From: Candidatus Poribacteria bacterium | GTDB taxonomy: Bacteria; Poribacteria; WGA-4E; WGA-3G | DNA: 64,000 nucleotides | Assembly: GCA_003635195.1 (NCBI GenBank) | Contig: PYIY01000190.1 | Span: 8,919 to 72,918, forward strand | Direction: 5' to 3' | Part shown: positions 29,313 to 38,687 of the stretch, one piece after another | How positions within the stretch are numbered: position 1 is the stretch's first letter | How the letters are laid out: each line of letters begins with the position of its first letter | Translations under genes and position numbers: made by a program | The notes under the pieces: model-generated | The model's input: the letters and a program-made list of their open reading frames with translations, nothing else | What the model was told of the DNA's origin: nothing | The model's database searches: none

Positions 29313-31322
29313 ATGTCTCAAGAATCTTCCTTAAAACGGACCCACTATTGTGGTGACCTGCGTTTAAGCGACGCGGGGACCACCGCGCAACTCAACGGTT
29401 GGGTCAAACGCCGTCGCGACCACGGCGGTGTTATTTTTGCCGATTTACGCGACAGAACAGGCATCACACAAGTCGTCTTTGATCCACAGATCGACGAAAA
29501 AGCACACGCTATTGCGGATGCTGTTAGAAGCGAATTCGTACTGAATGTTAGCGGCACTGTCCGCGAACGCGAACCGGGTGAGTTGCTTTTGCACGCTGAC
29601 GCGGCTTATCAAACAGACCTCGCCGAAGGCACGCTGTCTCCAGCATTCCGATCCCTGTTCTCCGATTTAGACCCGAAATACACGCTCTCCGAAGAAATTG
29701 AGGTAGCAACCCGAGTCGAAGGCGAGCAGTGGCTGGTTACTGATGTCGAGAACAATCGGACATATCACATTGAGAACCAAGAAGCCGGTCTAATCATCTA
29801 TCAAGGTACAGTCAACCCCGAACTTGATACAGGTGAGATTGAGGTCGCTGTGGATTCGCTACACATTTTGAATACTGCCAAAACGCCGCCGTTCCCTGTT
29901 GAAGACGATATTGATGTCGCAGAAGACATTCGGATGCGTTACCGGTTCATCGACCTGCGCAGACCTGAGATGCAAAAAACACTGGCGATGCGACATAAAG
30001 CAGCCCTCGCAGCACGCAATTATATGAATGAGCAGGGTTTTCTTGAAATTGAGACACCTATCTTGATGAACAGCACGCCTGAAGGCGCACGCGATGTGCT
30101 CGTCCCGAGCCGTCACTATCCCGGTCGGTTTTACGCGCTCCCGCAATCACCACAGCAGTTTAAGCAGATCCTCATGATGAGCGGTGTTGACCGGTATTTC
30201 CAGATCGCGCGATGCTTCCGCGATGAGGATACCCGTTCCGATAGACAGTTGGAGTTTACGCAGCTGGATATTGAGATGTCCTTCGCAGACACAGACGATG
30301 TGCTTCAGGTAACCGAAGGGTTGATGAAACGGATATTTGAGGAGGCAGGCGATATTCCTGTCCAAACCCCGTTTCTAAGACTCCCCTACTACGAATCGAT
30401 GGCACGGTTCGGAAACGACAAACCCGATACACGGTTCGGCATGGAACTCACAGACCTCTCCGATGTCATGGCAGACTGCGACTTTCAGGTATTCACGCGC
30501 ACTTTGGAAAGTGGTGGACAGGTTAAAGCAATTGCTGTACCCGGTGGTGAGGACTTTTCACGCAAAGACATCGACGACCTGACTGCATTCGTCGCTACCT
30601 ATCGCGCAAAAGGACTGGCATGGGTCAAAGTCACGGCAGAAGGTTTCTCATCAGGGATCGTCAAGTTCTTCACAACGGAGCAACTCGAAACAGCGCAAGA
30701 GCGGACAGGTGCGCAACCCGGAGACATTATGTTCTTCGTCGCTGACAAGCCGAAGGTCGTCGCCGATGCGCTCGGTTATCTTCGCCTTCATCTCGGAAAA
30801 AAACTCAACCTTATCGACGAAACGCAATACAACTTCCTCTGGATTGTCGACTACCCACTGTTCGAGTGGAACGAGGAAGAGAACCGATATGAACCGTTTC
30901 ATCACCTGTTCACTAGTGGAACAGAAGAGACATTGCCCCTGTTAGATACGGATCCGGGGAAGGTTCAGAGCCAACATTACGACCTCGTCTGCAACGGATA
31001 TGAAATCTGTAGTGGGAGCGTCAGAATCCACCAATGGGACATCCAACAAAAGATCTTCGATATCCTGAACATTACACCCGAAGAGGTCGAAAGCCGGTTC
31101 GGCTATTTCATAGACGCGTTGTCGTATGGTACACCACCGCACGCCGGTATCGCACCCGGACTCGATCGGATTGTCATGCTGATGCGGAACGAGGAGAACA
31201 TCCGCGAAGTGATCGCGTTCCCGAAATCGCAACAAGGACTCTGCCCGCTGACGCATGCCCCCTCTGTTGTATCGGAGGATCAGTTAGAAGAATTGTCTAT
31301 CCGCGTTGATGTAGATGGCTAA
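29313..31322 (+). CDS. aspS: aspartate--tRNA ligase with ~78-aa insertion in the N-terminal OB domain
   Basis: Collinear with bacterial AspRS (YCGDLR, FADLRDR, TPEGARD, FYALPQSPQ, QIARCFRDED, GTPPHAG, AFPK). It is 669 aa, longer than the roughly 590 aa that is typical. Confidence 0.95.
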   Translation: MSQESSLKRTHYCGDLRLSDAGTTAQLNGWVKRRRDHGGVIFADLRDRTGITQVVFDPQIDEKAHAIADAVRSEFVLNVSGTVREREPGELLLHADAAYQTDLAEGTLSPAFRSLFSDLDPKYTLSEEIEVATRVEGEQWLVTDVENNRTYHIENQEAGLIIYQGTVNPELDTGEIEVAVDSLHILNTAKTPPFPVEDDIDVAEDIRMRYRFIDLRRPEMQKTLAMRHKAALAARNYMNEQGFLEIETPILMNSTPEGARDVLVPSRHYPGRFYALPQSPQQFKQILMMSGVDRYFQIARCFRDEDTRSDRQLEFTQLDIEMSFADTDDVLQVTEGLMKRIFEEAGDIPVQTPFLRLPYYESMARFGNDKPDTRFGMELTDLSDVMADCDFQVFTRTLESGGQVKAIAVPGGEDFSRKDIDDLTAFVATYRAKGLAWVKVTAEGFSSGIVKFFTTEQLETAQERTGAQPGDIMFFVADKPKVVADALGYLRLHLGKKLNLIDETQYNFLWIVDYPLFEWNEEENRYEPFHHLFTSGTEETLPLLDTDPGKVQSQHYDLVCNGYEICSGSVRIHQWDIQQKIFDILNITPEEVESRFGYFIDALSYGTPPHAGIAPGLDRIVMLMRNEENIREVIAFPKSQQGLCPLTHAPSVVSEDQLEELSIRVDVDG

Positions 31323-31332
31323 GGCAGGAAGG

Positions 31333-31405
31333 GTTGTCAGTTGTCGGTAAAGTTACAAAAGTGATCTCTTAACTGACAACTGAAAACTGACAACTGAAAA
31401 CCAAT
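31333..31405. repeat. heptamer array with internal hairpin (GTTGTCAGTTGTC ... AACTGAC AACTGAA x2)
   Basis: gttgtcagttgtcgg ... ctcttaactgacaactgaaaactgacaactgaaaaccaat. cagttgtc pairs with gacaactg. Confidence 0.6.
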
Positions 31406-31420
31406 AAAGGAGATAGCACG

Positions 31421-32107
31421 ATGCAAGAGAAAATACGCACTGCCCCGACACTCGTCTATCCCGAATCAGACGGAGAACCGATGGCAGAAACGCCGAGACA
31501 TCAGCAAGTAATGATAGATTGTATGGATGTCCTGCGGAACCGTTTCCGCGGGATCCCAGATGTGTATATCGCTGGGAATATGTTCTTGTATTACGAAGAG
31601 GGGAATCCTCGGAAGAGCGTCTCCCCGGATGTGTTCATGGTGCGCGGTGTGTCTAAACAAGAACTCCGGACCTATAAGACTTGGAAACAGCAGCCGTTTC
31701 TGGATTTTGTGTTAGAAGCTGCGAGTCCGAGCACATACACGAGAGACTTCAATGAGAAGATAGAGATTTACGCGAAGATTCTGAAGGTCAAAGCGTATTG
31801 CATCTACGACCCGTATTACGAGATTGATCCGTATTTCGTTGGGTTCCGGCTTGTCGGTGAAGTTTATGAGGAGATCCCTTTTGTGAACGGGCGGATTCCT
31901 CTTGAAGTATTGGGCTTGGAGTTGGGCGAACATGAGGGTGTGCTGCGTTTCTATGATCCTGTTAAATCAGCGTGGTTATTGACTTCTGAAGAACGTGTTG
32001 CACAAGAATCCCTAGCACGGCAGGCTGCGGAGTCTCGGGCCCAACACGCTGAAGCCGAACTCGAAAAACTACGCGCAGCACTTGAACGTCTGGAATCAGA
32101 TAAATAG
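31421..32107 (+). CDS. Uma2-family (DUF820) endonuclease-like protein with C-terminal coiled coil
   Basis: PESDGEPMAETPRHQQ..., SPDVFMVRG and the overall length match Uma2 family proteins. Confidence 0.75.
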   Translation: MQEKIRTAPTLVYPESDGEPMAETPRHQQVMIDCMDVLRNRFRGIPDVYIAGNMFLYYEEGNPRKSVSPDVFMVRGVSKQELRTYKTWKQQPFLDFVLEAASPSTYTRDFNEKIEIYAKILKVKAYCIYDPYYEIDPYFVGFRLVGEVYEEIPFVNGRIPLEVLGLELGEHEGVLRFYDPVKSAWLLTSEERVAQESLARQAAESRAQHAEAELEKLRAALERLESDK

Positions 32108-32117
32108 GAGATTGGTC

Positions 32118-35100
32118 GTGAAAATCAGCGGATACCTCCCTATAGTCCTCCTAACATGCATCGGATTAGCGTTTACAACAGCAGATGCCCAAGAAAACCT
32201 TGCCCAACAAGCGTACGCTGTTTTTCAACAAAGTTGTTTGAATTGTCATGGACCATCCGGTTCCTTTAAGGAAGCACTCTTGATTGACCGCACCGCGCTT
32301 GTTGATACTCAGGTCGTCATTCCTGGGGACCCAGAAAACTCAGAGTTCTATAGACGACTCCTTGGACCGACTGAAAATGGACCACAAATGCCACTCAATC
32401 TGCCGCCACTCTCACCAGAAGCCGTTGAAACGATTGCGCGTTGGATTACTATAGGCGCGCCTGATTGGAATGTCCAGCACGACATCAATTTCATAACCAC
32501 GGATACAATACTCGATACCATCCGAAACCATCTAAAATCGCTGGATCCCTTTGACCGTCCCTCCGCACGGTACTTTACAATGACGCATCTCTATAACGCA
32601 GGTGAAACGCCTGAAACCCTCAGCGACTATCGGATCGCGCTCTCTAAACTCGTAAATAGTCTCTCGTGGAAGTTTGAGATTACCAACCCGACCCCCATTG
32701 ATGAGGCACAAACAATCTTCCATATCGACCTACGGCGTTACGAATGGAATACCATAACCGATATCTGGCCACAAATTGAGCAAGCATATCCCTACAACAT
32801 TGCGTTTGATCCAGGAACACAAGCCGGTCTCCTTGAAAAACTGACGCAACTGCAGACTGAAACGGGCAGCACAGTGCCGTTTGTCCATGTGGATTGGTTT
32901 CTTGCGACTGCTTCGTTGCCACCGCTCTATCACGACATTTTAGACCTTCCACAAACAGACCGTATCTTAGAGACACAATTGGGGGTGAATGTCGCGAGTA
33001 ATATCACGAACGCACCGGGGATAGATGTCTGGCGTGCGGGCTTCAACGATTCGGGTGTCTCCAATCACAACCGCGTTGTCGAACGCCACACGTCTCGGTA
33101 TGGAGCATATTGGAAAAGTTACGACTTTGCTGGCAGTGCAGGTTCGCAGAATATATTTACCCATCCGCTTGATTTCACACACGACGGTGGCGAAATTATC
33201 TTTAATCTCCCCAACGGGTTGCAGGCATACTTGCTGGTTGATGCGAACGGTAACCGACTCAACGACGCTCCCATTGAGATTGTTTCTAACCCCGCAGCGA
33301 ACGATCCTACGGTTCGGAACGGTCTCTCGTGTATCGGGTGCCATACGCAAGGCATGAAGAAGTTTAAAGATAGTGTGCGAGCGGCGATTGAACAGGATGA
33401 CAACCCACCGTATAACAAGGAACACGCATTCCGCTTGTATCCTGAGCAGTCAGTGCTTGATGACCTGGTGGCAAAAGATACCGTTAGGTTCCAGCAGGCA
33501 CTGGAAAAAATTGGCGGTCCGTTTGCCGATGACACCTCAAGACAGCGATTCTTCAAGCGATGTGAAAACGAACCGATCCAACGGTTTCATGAGTTATTTC
33601 AGGCACCCTTAGATGCCTCGCATGCTGCTGCCGCAGTCGGATTGGAAACGGAGGCATTCCTCACACAGATCCGTGAGAAACAGAGCCTGAAAAACTTGGG
33701 ATTACAGACCCTCACAGATGTGAACGGCACGGTAAAACGGGATGCATGGACATTTAACTTTGACCAAGTGATTTCTGCATTGAATACCCCTGATAGTACC
33801 CTGCCGCCAGTCGTGCAGCGTCCAGAACGCCTCCCCGGTGATGGTGTTCATATTCCCGACCCAAACCTCCGTGCAGCAATTGCAGAGGCACTTGGTAAGG
33901 GTGATCCTACAATTGTTTCAATTACAGCAGAGGAAATGGCTACATTGACAAGTCTTGTTGCCAATGACAGAGGTATTCAAGATTTGACAGGAATTGAGTT
34001 TGCTGTAAATTTGAAACATCTAAACCTTCTCAACAATTTGATATCCGATTTATCGCCATTGGCGAGATTACACAACTTGGAGAGACTAGATTTTCCCAAT
34101 AACCAAGTCTCTGATCTATCTCCATTAGCAGGGCTCACGAGACTGGAATTTTTAAGCCTTACCGCTAACCGCATATCTGACCTGTCCCCCTTGGCAGAAT
34201 TACCCAACCTGAAAGAATTTTACTCTTGGCACAATCCCGGCATATCCGATATTTCCCCACTGGTAGGACTCACAGTCATAGATATTTGTGGCGCAACTAT
34301 ACCAGATCTTTCGCCCCTTACCAGAGCAACAAATTTGAAAAAACTGTATCTGAATGCTTGCAATATACCGTCGGACCTATCACTGTTGAGAAACTTAACA
34401 GGGTTAACACATCTCGGGCTTGGCGAAACTAAAATATCGAATATATCTCCTTTAGAAGGGTTGACTAACCTCAAATGGATAGAACTTCGCGCAAATCCTA
34501 TATCAGACCTATCACCTTTAAGAAACCTAACAGGGTTAATACATTTGAACCTTGAAGAAACCAAAATATTATCGGATATATCTCCTTTAGAAGAGTTAAC
34601 TAACCTCGAATGGCTGAACCTCGCGTTCAATGCTATATTGGATATATCTCCTTTAGAAGGGTTAACTAATCTCAAATGGCTAAACCTCGCGTCTAATGCT
34701 ATATCGGATGTGTTTTCCTTAGTAGAGTTAACCAATCTCAAATGGCTAAACCTTGACGACAACAAGATATCAGATTTTTCGCCTTTGGACAGTTTACGTG
34801 AGAATATAACGATCTCCTGGCTCCGAAATCCGGGGGCACCTCAAGGGGGACCTAAAATAGAAGGACCTTGGTTATGGGTACTGGTACCGGGTGAACGTCT
34901 TGACAGTGACACTGATTTTCTTGCGCAAGCAAGTAGTGGTACTGTAACGGAACTGCTGGTTGCTGCCAACGGTGCGACAGAGGGAAGTTCTGTTGGAAGT
35001 GTGGAAGAAGGAAGCCCTATTGGAAGCAACGTCTGGTTCTCCCATGAAATCTCGCCTGAGGGAGGCGAAAATATCAATGATATGCTGCATTCCCTTGGCA

Positions 35101-36449
35101 TTGGCATGGATAGAGACGACAGAAACGACCATGTTATCTACGGCTCTGTGGTACTGCATTCACCGCGGGAACAGCGTACAAAGATGTTTGTTGGGAGCAA
35201 TAATCGGGTCAAAGTCTGGCTTAACGGACACTTGATTTACGAGTGGGTTCAGTCACTTCCTGGGGCTGAAGATTACCATGATTTTCTTCCGGTTATGCTG
35301 AAGCAGGGCAGAAATGTTTTGTTAGTTGCCTCTGACCATCCGGTGGGGAGTTGGAGAACCTATTTTGGGTTTGAAGAAGGCACAGAATATATCGTCTTAA
35401 ACCCGCGTGTCGGCTACACCTTCTCTGAGCCAAAAATTCATGTCGGTGATACATTTACCCTCGATCTCAGCACAGAAAACGTTTTTGATTTAGCAGGCTG
35501 GCAATTTAATATCGCCTTTGATCCAGCGGTGCTTGAAGCAATTGAGGTAAACGAAGGTGATTTTCTGAAAGCACAAGGTGGTACGACTTTCTTCCAAAGC
35601 GGGACAATTGATAACACAGCAGGTAAAATTACAGGTCTCAGTGCAACGCGCCTCAACGAAGACGGCATCACTGGCACAGGAACACTGTTATCGGTGACCT
35701 TCTCAGCGAAGGCAGGTGGCGAAACCCAATTATCACTGAGCAACTTCCAATTGGGTTCTATCACGGGTGAAATCATTAATGCTGGACCCCATGAGGTCAT
35801 CATCGTTATAGAGGGGCAGCTCGCTACCGGAGACGTAAACCGGGATGGACAGGTGAACGTCCTGGATCTGATCCTTGTCTCTCGACACCTCGGGAAAACT
35901 GTGCCCCCCGATTCGGATGTAGACCTGAATGGTGATGGTGTTATCAATATCCAGGACCTTATCATCGTGGCGCAACACTTAGGCGAGTCAACGACCTCGG
36001 CTGCACCGTCAATTTTTCCTGTAGATGATATAGACGGAATAGATCCAACCATGATACAAGCATGGATAGCACAAGCGCAAATTGAAAACGACGGTTCCAG
36101 CGCCTTCCAACAAGGTATCGCAAATCTCCAGCAGCTTCTCACACTGTTCATCCCAGAAGAAACCGCCTTACTTCACAACTATCCAAACCCATTCAATCCA
36201 GAAACGTGGATACCGTATCAACTGTCCGAACCGGCTGAGGTTACCTTGCGTATCTACGCTGTGAATGGCAGTTTGATCCGAACATTAGCAGTGGGACAAA
36301 TGCCCGCCGGCATCTATCAAACCCGCACCCGTGCCGCATATTGGGATGGCAAAAATGACGTAGGCGAACCCGTCGCAAGTGGTATCTATTTTTACACACT
36401 CACAGCAGGTGATTTTAACGCCACCCGAAAAATGCTAATCCGCAAATAG
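32118..36449 (+). CDS. giant secreted protein: CxxCH-containing N-region, LRR block, beta-sandwich, cohesin-like, dockerin repeats, T9SS/FlgD-Ig-type C-terminal domain
   Basis: I prefer the GTG at 32118, preceded by AGGAG. CLNCH at 32235-32249 and CIGCH at 33330-33344. 22-23-aa LRRs (NLxxLxLxxNxISDLSPL) span about 33990-34800. Cohesin-like block around 35440-35790. GDVNRDGQVNVLD...DLNGDGVINIQD is a dockerin. The tail NYPNPFNPETWIPY...GIYFYTL is a C-terminal sorting-type domain. Confidence 0.8.
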   Translation: MKISGYLPIVLLTCIGLAFTTADAQENLAQQAYAVFQQSCLNCHGPSGSFKEALLIDRTALVDTQVVIPGDPENSEFYRRLLGPTENGPQMPLNLPPLSPEAVETIARWITIGAPDWNVQHDINFITTDTILDTIRNHLKSLDPFDRPSARYFTMTHLYNAGETPETLSDYRIALSKLVNSLSWKFEITNPTPIDEAQTIFHIDLRRYEWNTITDIWPQIEQAYPYNIAFDPGTQAGLLEKLTQLQTETGSTVPFVHVDWFLATASLPPLYHDILDLPQTDRILETQLGVNVASNITNAPGIDVWRAGFNDSGVSNHNRVVERHTSRYGAYWKSYDFAGSAGSQNIFTHPLDFTHDGGEIIFNLPNGLQAYLLVDANGNRLNDAPIEIVSNPAANDPTVRNGLSCIGCHTQGMKKFKDSVRAAIEQDDNPPYNKEHAFRLYPEQSVLDDLVAKDTVRFQQALEKIGGPFADDTSRQRFFKRCENEPIQRFHELFQAPLDASHAAAAVGLETEAFLTQIREKQSLKNLGLQTLTDVNGTVKRDAWTFNFDQVISALNTPDSTLPPVVQRPERLPGDGVHIPDPNLRAAIAEALGKGDPTIVSITAEEMATLTSLVANDRGIQDLTGIEFAVNLKHLNLLNNLISDLSPLARLHNLERLDFPNNQVSDLSPLAGLTRLEFLSLTANRISDLSPLAELPNLKEFYSWHNPGISDISPLVGLTVIDICGATIPDLSPLTRATNLKKLYLNACNIPSDLSLLRNLTGLTHLGLGETKISNISPLEGLTNLKWIELRANPISDLSPLRNLTGLIHLNLEETKILSDISPLEELTNLEWLNLAFNAILDISPLEGLTNLKWLNLASNAISDVFSLVELTNLKWLNLDDNKISDFSPLDSLRENITISWLRNPGAPQGGPKIEGPWLWVLVPGERLDSDTDFLAQASSGTVTELLVAANGATEGSSVGSVEEGSPIGSNVWFSHEISPEGGENINDMLHSLGIGMDRDDRNDHVIYGSVVLHSPREQRTKMFVGSNNRVKVWLNGHLIYEWVQSLPGAEDYHDFLPVMLKQGRNVLLVASDHPVGSWRTYFGFEEGTEYIVLNPRVGYTFSEPKIHVGDTFTLDLSTENVFDLAGWQFNIAFDPAVLEAIEVNEGDFLKAQGGTTFFQSGTIDNTAGKITGLSATRLNEDGITGTGTLLSVTFSAKAGGETQLSLSNFQLGSITGEIINAGPHEVIIVIEGQLATGDVNRDGQVNVLDLILVSRHLGKTVPPDSDVDLNGDGVINIQDLIIVAQHLGESTTSAAPSIFPVDDIDGIDPTMIQAWIAQAQIENDGSSAFQQGIANLQQLLTLFIPEETALLHNYPNPFNPETWIPYQLSEPAEVTLRIYAVNGSLIRTLAVGQMPAGIYQTRTRAAYWDGKNDVGEPVASGIYFYTLTAGDFNATRKMLIRK

Positions 36450-36954
36450 TATCAAATGACTATGCCATTGCACTCCCCATGATTATTTATAGGGACCACT
36501 ATAAACAACCCTGTTGCCCTCCCGAAGACTTCTTGCCTTTCACGAGAACTTGTGTTATTATTTAAGGTATGGCGACTAACGCTCAAGAAGAAAAGCACCA
36601 AGTTTACATTGACGCAATGATACCGAGTTATCTTGTCGCGCCTTACCCCGGAGGCGATATTGGAGGAAACTCATGTGTAACAACGATCCCGGGGAAGACA
36701 TCTTAGAAGCAAAGTCACGTCTCGCCGCGCTTTTTGGCGACTTAGAAACATATATGGAATTTATGATGAAACGCCAAGAGAAGCGGATAAAACAAGGCGT
36801 AAAATACGTGGATTTACCGATCGTTCGGGTAAAGAAACCGGAGAAGCCTGAGGTTTAAGTCTGCGAATTGGCAAGACAAGGAGGTGTTTTTCCACCCTTC
36901 CAATCTTCCTGACTTCCATATTTTCAACTCTCTTTTTAAGGAGGTTACGTAATT

Positions 36955-38553
36955 ATGAATGAAAACGAAAACGGAAACAAACCAAAAGTGAGTCTCGGTC
37001 TACTCTACGGAATTATCATTGCCATTGTTGCAGGGGCAATCATTGGAGGGTTCGCGCCTGACTTCGCAGTCCACACAACGATACTCGGTGAAGTATTCTT
37101 AAATCTACTGAAGATGATAGTCGTGCCGCTCGTTGTCCTGTCTATGGTCGTCGGGATAACAAATTTAGGTGATATTCGCAACATCGGTTCTATCGGCGGA
37201 CGAACCGTCCTGTATTACATGGCAACAACCGCTATCTCCGTTATCATCGGGATGATTCTTGTCAACATCATCTCGCCGGGAAAAGGGCTATCACAAGGGG
37301 AAGAACGTCCTGATCTGAGCTACACATTGTCTGGCACCGAGATGCTCACCGTTGAGATGAGTGGCGAATTCAATCGGACGTATAACAATAAATATGTCAT
37401 CACGCTCGCCGATCAAAACCTGCGTGGCGAAGTGGAATCTATTTCCGAGACAACAGCCACAGTGAAATCGTGGCAACCGCTATCTGAAGACGCTCGTTAC
37501 GTAACAACAGACACCGGTGAACGCCTGTTATTCATTGATGGTCGTCTTGAAACCATAACACCTCAAAGCATGGGTACTGGTGTTAATATCAACCTGCCGA
37601 TTGCCACAAGAGTGTCCGGCAAAATGGAACGGACAATGGGTAGTACCATCAAAGAGGTATTCCTCGGCAACGAAGAGACCGGCAAAGAAGGGATGATCCC
37701 GTCAAATGTCTTCAAAGCGATGGTGCATACCGACATTTTGCCTTTAATCTTTTTCTCGCTTCTCATCGGTGCCGCCTTGTCTATGCTCGGTGAACTTGGG
37801 AAACCGGTTGTTGCTGTGATTTCGGGACTCAATGAGGCGGTGATGAAACTCGTTCACTGGATTATGTATGTTGCCCCTCTCGGTATCTTCGGTTTAATCG
37901 CAGGGAGGATTGGCGAGGCAAAGGGATTCGCCGGTTTCTGGCCCGAACTCGTCGCCGTGGGCAAGTACAGTGCGACAGTCGTGTTAGGCCTCGGCGTACA
38001 CGCTGTTATCGCTTTACCGATACTCTTACTGCTCCTTGGGCGCAGAAATCCGCTTAATTACTTCAAAGGCATGGCAACCGCGTTACTCAACGCCTTTTCA
38101 ACAGCGAGTTCAAGCGCAACACTGCCCTTAACGATGGAGGGGGTCGAGAATCAGAACGGTATCTCCAGCCGCACCTCCAGTTTTGTACTCCCCTTAGGGG
38201 CAACCATTAACATGGACGGCACCGCACTTTACGAGGCGGTCGCTGTCATGTTCATCGCTCAAGTCTACGCGATTTCTATGGATCCGGCACAACAGGTGGT
38301 CGTCGTGCTCACCGCGACGTTAGCAGCCATCGGTGCTGCAGGGATTCCAGAAGCGGGTCTCGTCACAATGGTTATCGTGCTGAGAGCTGTAGATCTCCCA
38401 GTCGAAGGTATAACGCTCATTCTCTCTATTGATTGGCTGCTCGACCGGTTCCGTACCACAGTTAACGTCTGGGGCGACAGCATCGGTGCAGGCGTAATTG
38501 AGACGTATGAATCCAGAGACAGAAATGCAACCGAAGCCCCAGCAACATCGTAA
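36955..38553 (+). CDS. dicarboxylate/amino acid:cation symporter (DAACS/SLC1 family) with ~120-aa extra loop domain
   Basis: LKMIVVPLV, SSSATLP, NMDGTALYE and DRFRT(T)VNVWGD motifs of the GltP/GltT family. It is 532 aa against about 420 aa typical. Confidence 0.85.
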   Translation: MNENENGNKPKVSLGLLYGIIIAIVAGAIIGGFAPDFAVHTTILGEVFLNLLKMIVVPLVVLSMVVGITNLGDIRNIGSIGGRTVLYYMATTAISVIIGMILVNIISPGKGLSQGEERPDLSYTLSGTEMLTVEMSGEFNRTYNNKYVITLADQNLRGEVESISETTATVKSWQPLSEDARYVTTDTGERLLFIDGRLETITPQSMGTGVNINLPIATRVSGKMERTMGSTIKEVFLGNEETGKEGMIPSNVFKAMVHTDILPLIFFSLLIGAALSMLGELGKPVVAVISGLNEAVMKLVHWIMYVAPLGIFGLIAGRIGEAKGFAGFWPELVAVGKYSATVVLGLGVHAVIALPILLLLLGRRNPLNYFKGMATALLNAFSTASSSATLPLTMEGVENQNGISSRTSSFVLPLGATINMDGTALYEAVAVMFIAQVYAISMDPAQQVVVVLTATLAAIGAAGIPEAGLVTMVIVLRAVDLPVEGITLILSIDWLLDRFRTTVNVWGDSIGAGVIETYESRDRNATEAPATS

Positions 38554-38640
38554 TTAGTTTTTAGTTGTCAGTGTGGGTTGCTACACAACCCTTTCAGTTG
38601 CTTCGCAGTGAGAGAAAGAGAGTTTGGGGTTCTCCCAACC

Positions 38641-38687
38641 CTCTTGTAACTGATAACTGATAACCAATAACTGATAACTATAACATC
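38641..38687 (+). repeat. CTCTTGTAACTGA-led heptamer array (TAACTGA x n)
   Basis: ctcttgtaactgataactgataaccaataactgataactataacatc ends at the ATG at 38688. Confidence 0.6.

Noticed and set aside
33990-34800. Periodic ~66-69-nt DNA repeats.
   Set aside because: They are the coding repeats of the LRR block (NLxxLxLxxNxISDLSPL) in the 32118..36449 protein, not a non-coding array.
36569-36858. Two small ORFs: 36569..36706 (MATNAQEEKHQVYIDAMIPSYLVA..., 45 aa) and 36673..36858 (61 aa). They might be remnants of a toxin-antitoxin pair.
   Set aside because: There is only a vague resemblance of VYIDAMIPSYL to PIN N-termini. The ORFs overlap out of frame and I can support no family assignment, so I left them unannotated.
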